Below are positions 51,401 to 61,360 of a DNA stretch of 64,000 nt, piece after piece (the stretch's first letter is position 1; the number at the start of each line of letters is the position of its first letter). The translations under genes and the position numbers were made by a program. Origin of the DNA: Bacteroidales bacterium (GTDB lineage: Bacteria; Bacteroidota; Bacteroidia; Bacteroidales; UBA12481); NCBI GenBank assembly GCA_041662065.1, contig JBAZTE010000007.1, forward strand, positions 134,466 to 198,465, written 5' to 3'. A model generated the notes under the pieces. It was not told where the DNA came from, did no database searches, and was given only the letters and a program-made list of their open reading frames with translations.

Positions 51401-54400
51401 TCCGTCATCGGCCACGGAATTGTTCCCTCGTTCAGGATTTCGAATGCCGATCATGATGGTCCGTATATTACTCAGGTTCGGGTTTCCAACCAAAATGATC
51501 CGGTTATTTCCGTCATTCTGGATGTAATGTCCTTCCTGGGTGACGTCCGATCCCCCCATACGGATAGCATCGTTACGGGCCTGTTTCAATTGCTGGAATA
51601 CGGCCAGTTCAATATTAAACCCGTTCTCCTCCGGCCACACGATTGTCCGGTCAGCCAATCCTTCCTGGTCATATCTTGCCGGCGGACGCAAATGCGGGGT
51701 CAGTTTCAGCGGGACTTCATATTCATAATAGTTTGAGGTATAATCAGATCCGATGCGGATAAAAGCACGGAGATCGCCATCATGGAGTTGGTTTTCATCT
51801 ATGGCTTCAGCGTGGACGAACAGCCGCAGCCGCTTGTACTGGCGCATATCAATACGCTGATTGGTATAAGCTGCACGGGCATCGCCATCTTCGAGTCCAT
51901 CCACTTTCAGTTCGATCGCCTGCTCGTTCTGTTGAATCATTTGCGGGTTCGAGGGGTCGGTGGTACGAACGATGCCCGGAGGCAATACGTAGTTAACCGG
52001 ATAACGACTGCCGTTTTCCTCAATGCTGACTGCTGAAACTTCGAACTTGCCTCGTGTATACTCAGGTGTGCTCAATTGTTCCCCTGCTTCCAGCAAGCTG
52101 AGATTATACTTCCTCCACTCTCCCCTGACGAGTTCAAGTGTGGCAAAACGCATAATGACTTTTTCGCCGAATCCGTTAACGAACATCCTGATAAAGCGGA
52201 TCGACTTGAAATCCTGGATGCTCCCGATCACTTTTTGGGGTTCGTAAATCGGCACTTTAAACTGGTACCAGGTTACCTGATCACCCTGATCATTTTTCCC
52301 GATGATAGCATCGGTAATATAATTCTGGCCGATCTGGAAATCCTGTTTGCGCATGCTGACTTTATACTGGAAGTACGACTCCGACTCATTCAGGGTATTA
52401 TCGAGGTTAATATCCTCAATGTCAGGAAGCGACGTTGATTGTGTCGGATAGGGTTCATTGCTTGATTCTGCGGTTTGGGAGTTTCCTTCCAGACCGTTAA
52501 ACTTCTTATACCGGTCGAGAATGCCCACCTGCCGGGCATCATAATCCTGACCGCGGAAATACAGGTAATCATCCCCCGATGGGTCGTTCAGGAATTCCGT
52601 ATATCTTTCCGAAGCCGGATTAACCACCGCCTGGAGCGAGTCGAGATAGGCTGCATAGAAGGTTCTTTCATCATCATCACCCAAACCGTCAAGACCCACG
52701 TCCTGGAGTTTCCTTGCATTCGGGTCATTATCAAATGCATTGACGAAAGATTGGGTCATAGGAACCCTGCCCCACGAGGTGGTATCCACATAATTGAGGG
52801 TATTACCGCCATTCAGACCGTTTTCAAAGGATTTCCGTCCGTCTTTCAGAATATCTTCCGAGACATTTCCAAGATTGAAATAGAGCGACGGGTCCAGGTC
52901 GTCGCGGGTGATTTCTTTTTTTGCATCCTCTACATAAGGATCCATCAGCCAGAATTCAAGATACTCCACGTTGGCCTCTTCAAAATCATTGGTGGTCAGT
53001 TTTGACATGATCCCACCCCACCTTTTCTGCGGAGTTTTCAGGTAACCCTGATCATCGAGACCGGAGGAATATTTGCCGCCCCTAATATCATAGTTATACG
53101 GACCTCTTTCGTTCGGATAAAAAGCCAGGTTCAGCACCTGCAGGGAGACCGGGATATTGTTCGGGCTCTCTTTATACGGGAAGATCTCCTGGGCTTGTAT
53201 TTCACGGGTAAAATGGCTGGTCTGCTCCGCTTCATTATTGGCAATATGGCTCGGTGTGGCCGAGTTATTGCGGAGGAACAGCGGATCAATATGATACCAG
53301 GCCAGTTTTGCCCGGTTAAACCCGTAAGCCAGGTCATTGCTTAATCCTGCTTCGGGAAACAGGTCTGGCTGGCCTCCCGGGGTACTGGCAAGCACCCATG
53401 ATTGGCGTTGATTCAGGGTGTAGCTGGTTTCGCTCCCTTCGAAATCGTCAATCAGCGCTTCCCCTGCAGTGGATCCTGGCGCATTGATCACCCGGGAATG
53501 ACCGGGGATCAGGTCGGCAAATTCACCGCTGAAAGTGAGCATCGACTTCTCTTTGGTCTGGATCAGCGGAAGTTTATCGATAAAACGGGTAAGCCAGGGA
53601 GCTTCCTTACGGTAATTGGTATTGAACCCCCAGATGGTATTTGATATTGGAATATTCTGTAAATCAACCTTATTGGTGAGCGGACGTTCGCTTAGATGAA
53701 GGATCGTTCCACCCACGTTAATATCTTTGTTGAAGCGGTATTCGAGGTGGGTTCCAATCATGGATTTTGATTGCAAAGCGAAAGCCGACTGGTCTTCCAG
53801 GGATATCTTGATCGGCGTGCCGGACTCCAGAAGGCCCTGGTTGATCACCTTGACCGTCCCCATGGTATAGTCCACGGTGTAATCAGAGTTTTCCGTCAGT
53901 TTCATCCCGCCGGCAGTCACTACAACGCTCCCTTGCGGAATATTCATGGCATTCAGCCTGATTTCTGACGAGGAGGAAGATTTGAAGGATCCCCTCATGA
54001 GGAACTTATTCTTTTCCGCCGTCTGTTTGGCAACGGTCTGCGTTTGGGTGTAAAGCTCCTCAAAAACATACTTGTCGGCAATCGCCTTATTATCGGCGAT
54101 GCCCCCTTCAATTTTTTTGCGCAGGTAGGATCCGAAAGGTTCCAAAACAGGGAAGATAATCCGTCCTTTCGTTGCATTAACCGTTACCTGGTCAACAAAG
54201 TCGAAGATCCCATCGGGCTGCGGGTCCAGCTGGGAATTGAGCTTATCGAGATTCAATACGCTCAGGAGTAGACTGCCGTTTATGGCCCCTTCAGGAATGT
54301 AATTGATGGCATTACCGGTTTTATCGTTCTGATAGAGAACATCCAGTACAAATTCTTCCTTGTTCAGGCGGCTCGAACCGATGGAATAAATATTTTTCAT

Positions 54401-55990
54401 CATCAGATCCCAGGTAGGCAGCAGGGGCGTCTGGTTGGTCCCCTTCAACAGTTTAAGGATCAGGGATGGAGCATCAGACTGGGTATCCTTGTTTACTTCG
54501 CCTGAAAATTCCCCGACACGGTATACCTGGCCGCTAACGGTATATTCATAGGCGACAGCCAGAATCTCGTCGGAGCTAAGCATTTGATTTAATGAGATAT
54601 AGCCTAATTTGGCATTCAACTGGAACTCTTCGGCAGTCAACCGGCGGGCGTTTTCGATTTTTTCATAATCCTGTCCGCCAAGGAACCCCTGGGCTGCCAG
54701 GGGGCTGAGTACGCTGGTAACCTGACCGATATCGCGGATACCGGAATAATTCGCCACCAGATTCTCATATAGGTCGTTCAGGGTATTGCTTGGATAGCGC
54801 CCCGGACCCTTGTATTTTACAAAGCCGGTATTGAAGATATTGGTGCCGGTTGAACTGGTACCTTCGGCAAGGTCCATGAAAGCAACCACGTTGCGGGATT
54901 CATTGAAGTTGCTGTTCCGGTTGGTGACCCATACTTCGATACGGTTGATATTGATACCGGAACTGATGACCGGCAGATTCTTCAGTGACGCATCATACAT
55001 ATCCCTGAAATAGTGGGACAGGAAGAAGTGTTTATTGGCATCATAGTCATCGGCCCGGATCTCGAATTCATTGGCGACGCCTCCTCCCTGAACATCAATG
55101 GATTGAGTTTTTCCCTGCTGTTGGGAAAAAATACTGGTAACGGTAAGCCGACCGAACTGCATTTCTGTCTTGATCCCGAACAGGCTCTGGCTCCCGGTAA
55201 TCAAGGAACCGGAAAGAGGTAGATTCACGTTGCCCGCTTCCACTTTACGGAGGATTTCATCATCCTTGCCGGTATAGGCGATACGGGTTTTATTTTCAAA
55301 ATCGAAGGTCGCTTCGGTATTGTAAGTGATCCCAAGCTCCATCTTGTCGCCGATCATACCGTTGACATTCATCTGGATTTTGTTATCAAAATCGAACGTT
55401 GTGTTTTTCCTGACCTTTTCAGGAAGGGAAGGGTTATCGGTTTTATTGATCTGAATGCCGAAAATCAGCTCAGCCGAACCCTGGGGCTTGATGGATATCG
55501 TGTTGGACCCGAAAATGCGGTCGAATGCTTCACCACCGATGTAGAGTTTTGGGATCAGGCCCTGCTGGGTCTGGAACTGTTCACCGCCAACCCGCTGTTT
55601 CCAGTAATCCTTTACCGAACGGTTAAAATCAAATTTCCGGTAATCGGCCGGTGTAAGAAAATAGGGATCTCCAAAATTCTGGTCCCCGATCTTCTGCTGA
55701 AACATATAATCGTTCTTTTCCGGATCGTAGTCGATTTTATTCGTAATATTTTTCGGATCCTTCAGAAATAATGGAGATTGCCTGGCTGTGAGTGAATAAG
55801 GGAATCCCGGTGATACCGGTATGGGATACCGGAGTTTGAAAAGGGTATCCCTTTTCGTAGTGTCGGCGGCTTGCCTGGCGGGAATAACGGGGGGTTTTTG
55901 CTGCGCGGTCAGCCAGCCGGGAATGGCCAGCATAAAGACAAGCATAAGGTTCAGGCAGATCAGTTTTTGAATCGAAGGTCTATGCTGCAT
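48467..55990 (-). CDS. sprA: Type IX secretion system translocon / gliding cell-surface protein SprA (Sov)
   Basis: 2507 aa with a signal peptide. Its size and beta-rich composition are typical of SprA, and the N-terminal (LFLKDPKNI.., YDPEKNDY) and C-terminal segments match my memory of SprA orthologs. Confidence 0.88.
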   Translation of the reverse strand: MQHRPSIQKLICLNLMLVFMLAIPGWLTAQQKPPVIPARQAADTTKRDTLFKLRYPIPVSPGFPYSLTARQSPLFLKDPKNITNKIDYDPEKNDYMFQQKIGDQNFGDPYFLTPADYRKFDFNRSVKDYWKQRVGGEQFQTQQGLIPKLYIGGEAFDRIFGSNTISIKPQGSAELIFGIQINKTDNPSLPEKVRKNTTFDFDNKIQMNVNGMIGDKMELGITYNTEATFDFENKTRIAYTGKDDEILRKVEAGNVNLPLSGSLITGSQSLFGIKTEMQFGRLTVTSIFSQQQGKTQSIDVQGGGVANEFEIRADDYDANKHFFLSHYFRDMYDASLKNLPVISSGININRIEVWVTNRNSNFNESRNVVAFMDLAEGTSSTGTNIFNTGFVKYKGPGRYPSNTLNDLYENLVANYSGIRDIGQVTSVLSPLAAQGFLGGQDYEKIENARRLTAEEFQLNAKLGYISLNQMLSSDEILAVAYEYTVSGQVYRVGEFSGEVNKDTQSDAPSLILKLLKGTNQTPLLPTWDLMMKNIYSIGSSRLNKEEFVLDVLYQNDKTGNAINYIPEGAINGSLLLSVLNLDKLNSQLDPQPDGIFDFVDQVTVNATKGRIIFPVLEPFGSYLRKKIEGGIADNKAIADKYVFEELYTQTQTVAKQTAEKNKFLMRGSFKSSSSSEIRLNAMNIPQGSVVVTAGGMKLTENSDYTVDYTMGTVKVINQGLLESGTPIKISLEDQSAFALQSKSMIGTHLEYRFNKDINVGGTILHLSERPLTNKVDLQNIPISNTIWGFNTNYRKEAPWLTRFIDKLPLIQTKEKSMLTFSGEFADLIPGHSRVINAPGSTAGEALIDDFEGSETSYTLNQRQSWVLASTPGGQPDLFPEAGLSNDLAYGFNRAKLAWYHIDPLFLRNNSATPSHIANNEAEQTSHFTREIQAQEIFPYKESPNNIPVSLQVLNLAFYPNERGPYNYDIRGGKYSSGLDDQGYLKTPQKRWGGIMSKLTTNDFEEANVEYLEFWLMDPYVEDAKKEITRDDLDPSLYFNLGNVSEDILKDGRKSFENGLNGGNTLNYVDTTSWGRVPMTQSFVNAFDNDPNARKLQDVGLDGLGDDDERTFYAAYLDSLQAVVNPASERYTEFLNDPSGDDYLYFRGQDYDARQVGILDRYKKFNGLEGNSQTAESSNEPYPTQSTSLPDIEDINLDNTLNESESYFQYKVSMRKQDFQIGQNYITDAIIGKNDQGDQVTWYQFKVPIYEPQKVIGSIQDFKSIRFIRMFVNGFGEKVIMRFATLELVRGEWRKYNLSLLEAGEQLSTPEYTRGKFEVSAVSIEENGSRYPVNYVLPPGIVRTTDPSNPQMIQQNEQAIELKVDGLEDGDARAAYTNQRIDMRQYKRLRLFVHAEAIDENQLHDGDLRAFIRIGSDYTSNYYEYEVPLKLTPHLRPPARYDQEGLADRTIVWPEENGFNIELAVFQQLKQARNDAIRMGGSDVTQEGHYIQNDGNNRIILVGNPNLSNIRTIMIGIRNPERGNNSVADDGLPKSAIIWMNELRLTDFDEKGGWAANGRLSANLADLGNLSVSGNTSVPGFGSIDKSVNDRSREQITQYDISSSLQLGKLFPKNAGVQLPMYVAFSEIMRNPQYNPMDPDIPLQAALDNAQSKAEKDSILYISQDYNRRKSLNFNNIRLEPGSTNRRREPKIWSISNWSMSYAFTETFARNIKTEANLNKNYNGGLNYVYSSNNLKPWEPFKKSTKLDKPAFKLIKDLNLYYQPSMISFRTNMARRYSEMQLRNVANPGIKIDPTFNKNFNWTRNFDVKWDLTRNLKLDFSNSNIARIDEPDGAMRRGDTDYQQKRDSIWNNIMAGGRPVQYHHSLNASYQIPINKLPLFNWLTANATYRVEYDWAAGPITADTIRLGNTVQNNGNFQLSGTASLQTLYNKVGFLKKIDDKYKRRQSATRAKPTKTVKFEADKLSLKEKVAKVIIHDLMSSDVKVKVFDQNNRVIEVETEVINERRIKVIADKNVDGGRIEIEATVEVKDNAFIFVTDNFLRILMGVKNLSLNYSNDNGTFLPGYMPEPKLFGMNNIGGKMAPGYGFILGLQDAGFGDYAASNGWLTTDSTLNEAFTNSLNQAWRFSSNIEPFTDLRITIEAAHSASNDLEKFYYYGENGKWTAENVMYRGNFNMTIISLGSAFEKLKEGDGYQSATFEKFKNNRIIISQRLAAQRLAAQVPGSPVYDPNTGNFPGYSDGYGPTSLDVLIPAFLAAYSDKNANLVSLDAMPGVMSMLPNWRIQYGGLQKSEFIKKYLKQLNLNHSYRSTYSVGSYTTNLFYDPDTQDGLNYIRDAQENFLPAREIGSISISESLSPLIGFDATMQNSLQARVEIKKNRNLTLSLNNSQLMENRSDEIVIGTGYRFQEVPITIKAGGNQRKFQSDLDIRFDLSIRDNIMIMRKLEEEVNKPTSGQTVVTAKFTASYRLSTRFELRFYYDQVVNKPIVTTSYPTSNTKVGFNLRFTLANM

Positions 55991-56009
55991 AGAGATACCG
56001 GTAAAGCGA

Positions 56010-56597
56010 TTAAAGTTTTTTCAAGGCCAGCTTGACTAGTTCTTCGGCCCCGTTTACCGGGTTTTCCTTCGATATCTGATCCAGGACTTTGGCCGATTCA
56101 TTGCGGCCGAAACCAAGCATAACCAAAGCAGATAACGCTTCATCCTTTGAGGTATTGCCCTGTGCAGTTAAAATGCCTCCGACTTCTTCTGTTTTGGTGA
56201 TTTTATCTCTCAGATCGATGATAACCCTTTGTGCGGTTTTAATCCCCACCCCCTTGACGCTTTTCAGCACCGCAACATTGTCTGTTTGAATGGCCCTGCG
56301 GATTTCAGGGGTGGTGAGGGAGGAGAGCATCATCCGTGCGGTATTCGGACCGATCCCACTGACCGAAATCAGCAGGCGGAACATCTCCCTTTCCTCTTTG
56401 GCAGCAAATCCGAAAATGGTGTGGGCATCTTCCCTGATCACCTCTTCAATGAGCAGGGTCGCGTTTTCCTTGCCACGAAGGGCGGCATGGGTCTGCAGGG
56501 AAATCTGGATGAGATAACCTATCCCACCCTGTTCCAGTATGGCAATTGCCGGTGTCAGCTCGGTCAGCTTGCCTGATATATATTCATAGATCGCCAT
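56010..56597 (-). CDS. ruvA: Holliday junction branch migration protein RuvA
   Basis: 195 aa with HhH motifs (ISVSGIGPNTA, VKGVGIKTAQRV) and a C-terminal domain III. Confidence 0.93.
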   Translation of the reverse strand: MAIYEYISGKLTELTPAIAILEQGGIGYLIQISLQTHAALRGKENATLLIEEVIREDAHTIFGFAAKEEREMFRLLISVSGIGPNTARMMLSSLTTPEIRRAIQTDNVAVLKSVKGVGIKTAQRVIIDLRDKITKTEEVGGILTAQGNTSKDEALSALVMLGFGRNESAKVLDQISKENPVNGAEELVKLALKKL

Positions 56598-56614
56598 GCG
56601 GGTCAGGATAAATT

Positions 56615-57652
56615 CTATTGAGCTCCGAGGGCATTCTTTTTAAGTTCACGATTGGCTTTCCGTGATTTATAAATATCCACGCCCATATAGATCGCCTGTC
56701 TCATCGAATCGGCGCTTGCTTTATCCAAACCGGCTATTTCATAGGCTGTTCCATGAGCCGGCGACGTGCGGACAAATGGGAGCCCTACCGTGAAATTCAC
56801 GCCTGAATCAAACGAAAGTGCCTTGAACGGAGCCAGGCCCTGATCATGATACATGGCGAGTACGGCATCGAATTTCTGATAAAGTCCGGAACCAAAATAA
56901 CCATCGGCGGCAAACGGCCCGAGTGCCATGATATTTTCCTCACGGGCGATATCGAGGGCTGGTTTGATGATCTCTTCCTCTTCCGATCCGAGCAATCCGG
57001 TATCTCCGGAATGCGGGTTAAGACCCAGAACAGCGATCCTGGGGGTGCCGATATTGAAATCGTGGCGAAGCGACTGATCCAGGAGGCGGAGTTTAGTTAC
57101 GATAAGCTCCGTGGTAATAGCCGCCGGCACCTGTGCAAGAGGTATATGCCCGGTTACTACACCGACTTTCAGATATTCGCTGACCATGAGCATTAGGACA
57201 TCGGAAGAGCCAAGTTTTTCCTGCAGATATTCGGTGTGTCCTGCAAAATTAAAATCCTTGCTCTGGATGGTATACTTGTTGATTGGTGCGGTAACCAGCA
57301 GATCGATCTGGTGTTCGGTAAGATCGTGAACAGCCATCTCCAGCGCGATAAAGGCGGCCTCCCCGGCATATCCGGAAGCTTTTCCAAGCTCAACACGGGC
57401 ATTGTCGTCGAGACAATTGATCAGGTTTGCCCTGCGGGGATTGGCTTCCCGTGCGGTGGCCACGCTGTTCAGGCTGAAGTTGGGTATATTAAGGGCTTTG
57501 CGATGATAGGCCAAAACCTTGGGGGAACCATACACCACCGGTGTACAGACATCCAGAATCCTCGGGTCCATCAAGGCCTTGATAATGACTTCATATCCGA
57601 TGCCGTTTATGTCACCCTGAGTTATTCCAACGCGTATTTTGTAATCTTCCAT
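56615..57652 (-). CDS. pdxA: 4-hydroxythreonine-4-phosphate dehydrogenase
   Basis: 345 aa with GHTEYL, LNPHSGD and RTSPAHGTA motifs. Confidence 0.92.
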   Translation of the reverse strand: MEDYKIRVGITQGDINGIGYEVIIKALMDPRILDVCTPVVYGSPKVLAYHRKALNIPNFSLNSVATAREANPRRANLINCLDDNARVELGKASGYAGEAAFIALEMAVHDLTEHQIDLLVTAPINKYTIQSKDFNFAGHTEYLQEKLGSSDVLMLMVSEYLKVGVVTGHIPLAQVPAAITTELIVTKLRLLDQSLRHDFNIGTPRIAVLGLNPHSGDTGLLGSEEEEIIKPALDIAREENIMALGPFAADGYFGSGLYQKFDAVLAMYHDQGLAPFKALSFDSGVNFTVGLPFVRTSPAHGTAYEIAGLDKASADSMRQAIYMGVDIYKSRKANRELKKNALGAQ

Positions 57653-57661
57653 CTATTTGTC

Positions 57662-59092
57662 TTACAATTGATAATATTTCGTAATGAATTCAAGCAATAA
57701 CCTGATACCGGTTCCGGTACCGCCGATGCCCCGGTAACTTTCGCGGGCGGTAAGAAAAGCGGTTCCGGCAATATCGATGTGTATCCAGGGATAATCGGTA
57801 AATCTTTCCAGGAATTTGCCTGCTGTGATGGCACCGGCATTGCGCCCGCCGACATTTTTCACATCGGCGATTTCCGATTCAATCAGTTTGGCATAATCAT
57901 TCCAGATGGGAAACCTTACCAGCCGTTCATGCACCGTAAAACCCGACTGGATTAGCTGCTCAAAGGTATCATGCGGTGCGGTGCCCATGACTGCCGAGGC
58001 ATGCGATCCGAGAGCAACCTGGGCGGAACCGGTGAGCGTGGCCAGATCGATGACCAGTCCGGGTTTGTATTTCCTGGCATAGCTTAAGGCATCCGCGAGG
58101 ATCAGCCTCCCTTCTGCATCACAATTCAAGACCTCCACAGTGGTATTGTCATGCATCCTGATCACATCACCCGGGGCGTAGGCATTGCCATCGGGACGAT
58201 TGTCGGTGGCCGGGATCAGTCCGATAATCCGGACCGGCAAATTCAACTTGCTGATGGTGATCATAGTTCCGGCAACTGCTGCCGCACCGGCCATATCGCA
58301 TTTCATTTCATCCATGCTGCCGGAAGTCGGCTTGATGCTTAGCCCGCCGGTATCAAAAGTTATTCCCTTTCCCACCAGGACCAGGGGCGCTTCATTCACC
58401 GGATTTTCCGGCTCCCAGCTCATAATAATGAACCGGGGGGGATCGATGCTGCCTTTGTTTACCGCCAGCAGGCCACCCATGCGAAGGGACTCGATCTGCG
58501 TTTTATCCAATATTTCAATACCCAGACCGGTTGAGCGGGAGATCTCTTCCAGGTCATCACCCAATTGCGGCGCATTCAGGTAGGAGACCGGTTCATTGAC
58601 CAGATCGCGGGCCGCCGAAACTGCATAAATCAGTGAATTTATCTTCCGGATCATGGCACTATCACCCTGATAAATTCCCAGTTGCTGAAAAGAGTGCTTC
58701 TTTTCAGCAGGATTGGAGTAATATTTTAAAAACTGGTAATTGCTGAGTGCGATCCCTTCCGCCATTGCCTCTATCCAGGCAGCATGACCGGTATGATCCA
58801 CGATGATCATCTCCTGCCATTTATTGCGGCAAGCCGTTTCATGAATATCAAAACCGCATACTCGCCATTCCTCGAGCAGGTAATCCCCCGTCTTTGCGGG
58901 ATCCGGGATCACCACCACATCGCATTGACTGAAACGGTTCAGCAAAATGAGCCTCTGATTGCTCTCCAGACAAAAATTGATGTACTCCTTTTCAGCGGAA
59001 GGCCATTCCTGCGCACGCACTTCCCCGGCATTTGAAAAAACCAGTATTCTGTTATGGGTCGGAATTAACTGATCGCAATTAAAGAGCAACAT
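57662..59092 (-). CDS. pepA: Leucyl aminopeptidase (M17 family)
   Basis: 476 aa with VGKGITFDTGGLSIKP and the NCDAEGRLILADAL signature. Confidence 0.9.
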   Translation of the reverse strand: MLLFNCDQLIPTHNRILVFSNAGEVRAQEWPSAEKEYINFCLESNQRLILLNRFSQCDVVVIPDPAKTGDYLLEEWRVCGFDIHETACRNKWQEMIIVDHTGHAAWIEAMAEGIALSNYQFLKYYSNPAEKKHSFQQLGIYQGDSAMIRKINSLIYAVSAARDLVNEPVSYLNAPQLGDDLEEISRSTGLGIEILDKTQIESLRMGGLLAVNKGSIDPPRFIIMSWEPENPVNEAPLVLVGKGITFDTGGLSIKPTSGSMDEMKCDMAGAAAVAGTMITISKLNLPVRIIGLIPATDNRPDGNAYAPGDVIRMHDNTTVEVLNCDAEGRLILADALSYARKYKPGLVIDLATLTGSAQVALGSHASAVMGTAPHDTFEQLIQSGFTVHERLVRFPIWNDYAKLIESEIADVKNVGGRNAGAITAGKFLERFTDYPWIHIDIAGTAFLTARESYRGIGGTGTGIRLLLEFITKYYQL

Positions 59093-59194
59093 TTCGATTA
59101 TGACTTATGAGGCGGTAAAGTTAAAAAAATCTGACCCAAACAGATGGGACACCCTGACAATTAGCCTAAATTGCGCCCGCAGAACAGTTAAAGC

Positions 59195-60286
59195 ATGACA
59201 GCAATTGGTGAATTAACCGCAAAGGCTTACAGGGGTGAGTTCCTGACGAATGAGGAAGCCATATTCCTTTACCTGAACGCCAGTGACGGTGAATTGATGG
59301 ATACGGCTCATCAGATCCGTCTCAGGTTACATCCGGAGCCTTCAGTAGGCTGGATCATCGACCGCAATGTCAACATTACCAATATTTGCATATCCTTCTG
59401 CAAATTCTGCAATTTTTGCAGGCGGAGCCAAGATGAGGACTCCTATGTCACGACCATGGAGCAGTACCGTGAAAAAATCTCAGAATTGTTCCGTCTTGGT
59501 GGACGTCAGCTGCTTTTACAGGGCGGCATGCATCCGGATTTAGGCCTGGATTTTTATACGGTGCTTTTCCGGTCCCTGAAAAACGAATTCCCCGAATTGA
59601 AACTCCATGCCCTGGGGCCGCCGGAAATCGTTCACCTGGCGAAGATGGAGAAAACGGATTTTTACACGGTGCTCACTGAATTGCGGAAGGCCGGACTGGA
59701 TTCGCTGCCGGGAGCCGGGGCTGAAATTCTCGTCGACCGGGTCAGGAAAATAGTATCAAAAGCAAAATGCGGCACGGAGGATTGGCTTGAGGTGATGAGG
59801 GTTGCCCACCGGATGAACCTGCCCACTTCAGCCACCATGATGTTCGGGCATATTGAAACACTCGTGGAGCGTGTCGAGCACCTGTTCAGGATCCGTGACC
59901 TTCAGGCGGAAAAACCCGAAGGCAGTCGCGGCTTTCTGAATTTTGTTCCCTGGCCATTCATGGATGAAGGTACCGTACTCCGGGATGAGATGGGTATCCG
60001 CAATACGGCCGACATCAGGCAGTACATCAGATTGCTGGCCCTTTCCCGGATCTTGTTGCCTAACATCAGCCATATCCAGGCCTCCTGGCTTACGGTTGGA
60101 AAAACAGCCGGACAGATTTGCCTGCATGCAGGAGCTGATGATTTCGGCTCGGTGATGATTGAGGAGAATGTTGTTTCGGCCGCGGGTGCGCGGAACAAAA
60201 TGGATTCACAAGGTATGGAGGAGGCTATCCGCGAAGCCGGATTCATTCCCCGTTTAAGAAATCAGTTGTTTGAATATTCAGACTAA
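59195..60286 (+). CDS. Radical SAM enzyme of the CofH/MqnC/MqnE family (futalosine-route menaquinone biosynthesis)
   Basis: 363 aa with a CxxxCxxC cluster motif (CISFCKFCNF), LLLQGGMHP and ATMMFGHIE. I cannot separate MqnC from MqnE by eye. Confidence 0.8.
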   Translation: MTAIGELTAKAYRGEFLTNEEAIFLYLNASDGELMDTAHQIRLRLHPEPSVGWIIDRNVNITNICISFCKFCNFCRRSQDEDSYVTTMEQYREKISELFRLGGRQLLLQGGMHPDLGLDFYTVLFRSLKNEFPELKLHALGPPEIVHLAKMEKTDFYTVLTELRKAGLDSLPGAGAEILVDRVRKIVSKAKCGTEDWLEVMRVAHRMNLPTSATMMFGHIETLVERVEHLFRIRDLQAEKPEGSRGFLNFVPWPFMDEGTVLRDEMGIRNTADIRQYIRLLALSRILLPNISHIQASWLTVGKTAGQICLHAGADDFGSVMIEENVVSAAGARNKMDSQGMEEAIREAGFIPRLRNQLFEYSD

Positions 60287-61302
60287 TCAGGAAAGCTGAT
60301 TGTTTTCAACAAACCTTCGATCTTCCGCATCGGATTCCGCTTGCCTATTTTTGGTGCGTACACGAATCCGAAAGCGGTGACCAGCCGGTTGCGTTTTTCA
60401 TCAACAAAAGTCCAGGAGATGAAAGGGCCACCCATAAAATCAATTTTAGCCTCCCATAAACCGCGCAGCTCGCGCACGTAAACACCGTTCAACTGAAAAG
60501 TCCGGATAGTGACCGGCAAATCGGGAACAATCCTCATATAGGATTCTTTTGCCGGAGCAGAAGGACCATATACCCTAGGCTTGAGGAAAGCGTCGGTGAA
60601 AGCCTTCAGTTCAGGCAGTTCAAGCTGTTTTTCGGAGGTGTAAGGATAGTCCCAGAGCAGTACCCCCTGGGTTTCGGCAACCGGGTCATATTGCACCCAG
60701 GCAAACTTGCCCGTATCCACCTTCGCAGCAAAACCTTTAGGGAAGCTGATATTAATCAGATGATTCCTAAACAGCTGTTCATTCAGCGCCTGGTTCTGGT
60801 ATTTTATATCATACTTCACCTGCCGGTCCACTTCTCCATCCCTGAGGACCTTGAGGATAACATGCCTGTTTTCGTTGATGAGGGTAACCAGCTGATCGCG
60901 ATCCGGCGCATCCAAACGGATCAGTATCTGCTCATCTGCCCAATAATCCTTGAAAACATTAACCTCGGGCTTGGTGATATGCGGTCCCACATCCACAATC
61001 ATAAGGTTCCGTGCCGGCCTGATGGTATTATTTAGAGCTGCGGGTGGCAGATGCAGGACATCGAACATCGGCTCTGCGCCTTCCATTCCGGTTTGCGGCA
61101 ATGCCGGTTCTTCCTGGGTAAGCAGATTGATCAGCGTATCGCCGGCCGCCCCTTTGTATAGGTCATCGGCCATAATGATCAGCACCTCCCCCGGTTTACC
61201 CGTGCATGGTGGCAAGGATATTTGTCCGCCTTTACCTATACATCCGGAAAGCCCGATAACCACCAAGGCTGTCAGGGCAAACAAAAAAGATTTTGTTTTC
61301 AT
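60283..61302 (-). CDS. Lipoprotein of unknown function (DUF4837-like)
   Basis: 339 aa with a lipobox (LSGC). Its length and the N-terminal G-x-P-G-E-V-L-I pattern resemble DUF4837 from memory. It shows no catalytic motifs. Confidence 0.5.
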   Translation of the reverse strand: MKTKSFLFALTALVVIGLSGCIGKGGQISLPPCTGKPGEVLIIMADDLYKGAAGDTLINLLTQEEPALPQTGMEGAEPMFDVLHLPPAALNNTIRPARNLMIVDVGPHITKPEVNVFKDYWADEQILIRLDAPDRDQLVTLINENRHVILKVLRDGEVDRQVKYDIKYQNQALNEQLFRNHLINISFPKGFAAKVDTGKFAWVQYDPVAETQGVLLWDYPYTSEKQLELPELKAFTDAFLKPRVYGPSAPAKESYMRIVPDLPVTIRTFQLNGVYVRELRGLWEAKIDFMGGPFISWTFVDEKRNRLVTAFGFVYAPKIGKRNPMRKIEGLLKTISFPD

Positions 61303-61334
61303 TTTCGCATTTATTTAGTAAAACAGGGGACTAA

Positions 61335-61342
61335 CAAATATA
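61335..61342 (-). promoter_or_regulatory. Candidate -7 promoter box (TATATTTG) for the DUF4837-like gene
   Basis: Exact TAnnTTTG match on the minus strand, 33 nt upstream of the ATG at 61302. Confidence 0.4.
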
Positions 61343-61360
61343 TAAAATAATGCGGTCGGT

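Noticed and set aside
48728-55222. Numerous 60-180-aa ORFs on the + strand inside sprA (for example 48728..49261 and 52475..53005)
   Set aside because: All are antisense to one uninterrupted 2507-aa SprA frame and show no recognisable domains, so they are shadow ORFs.
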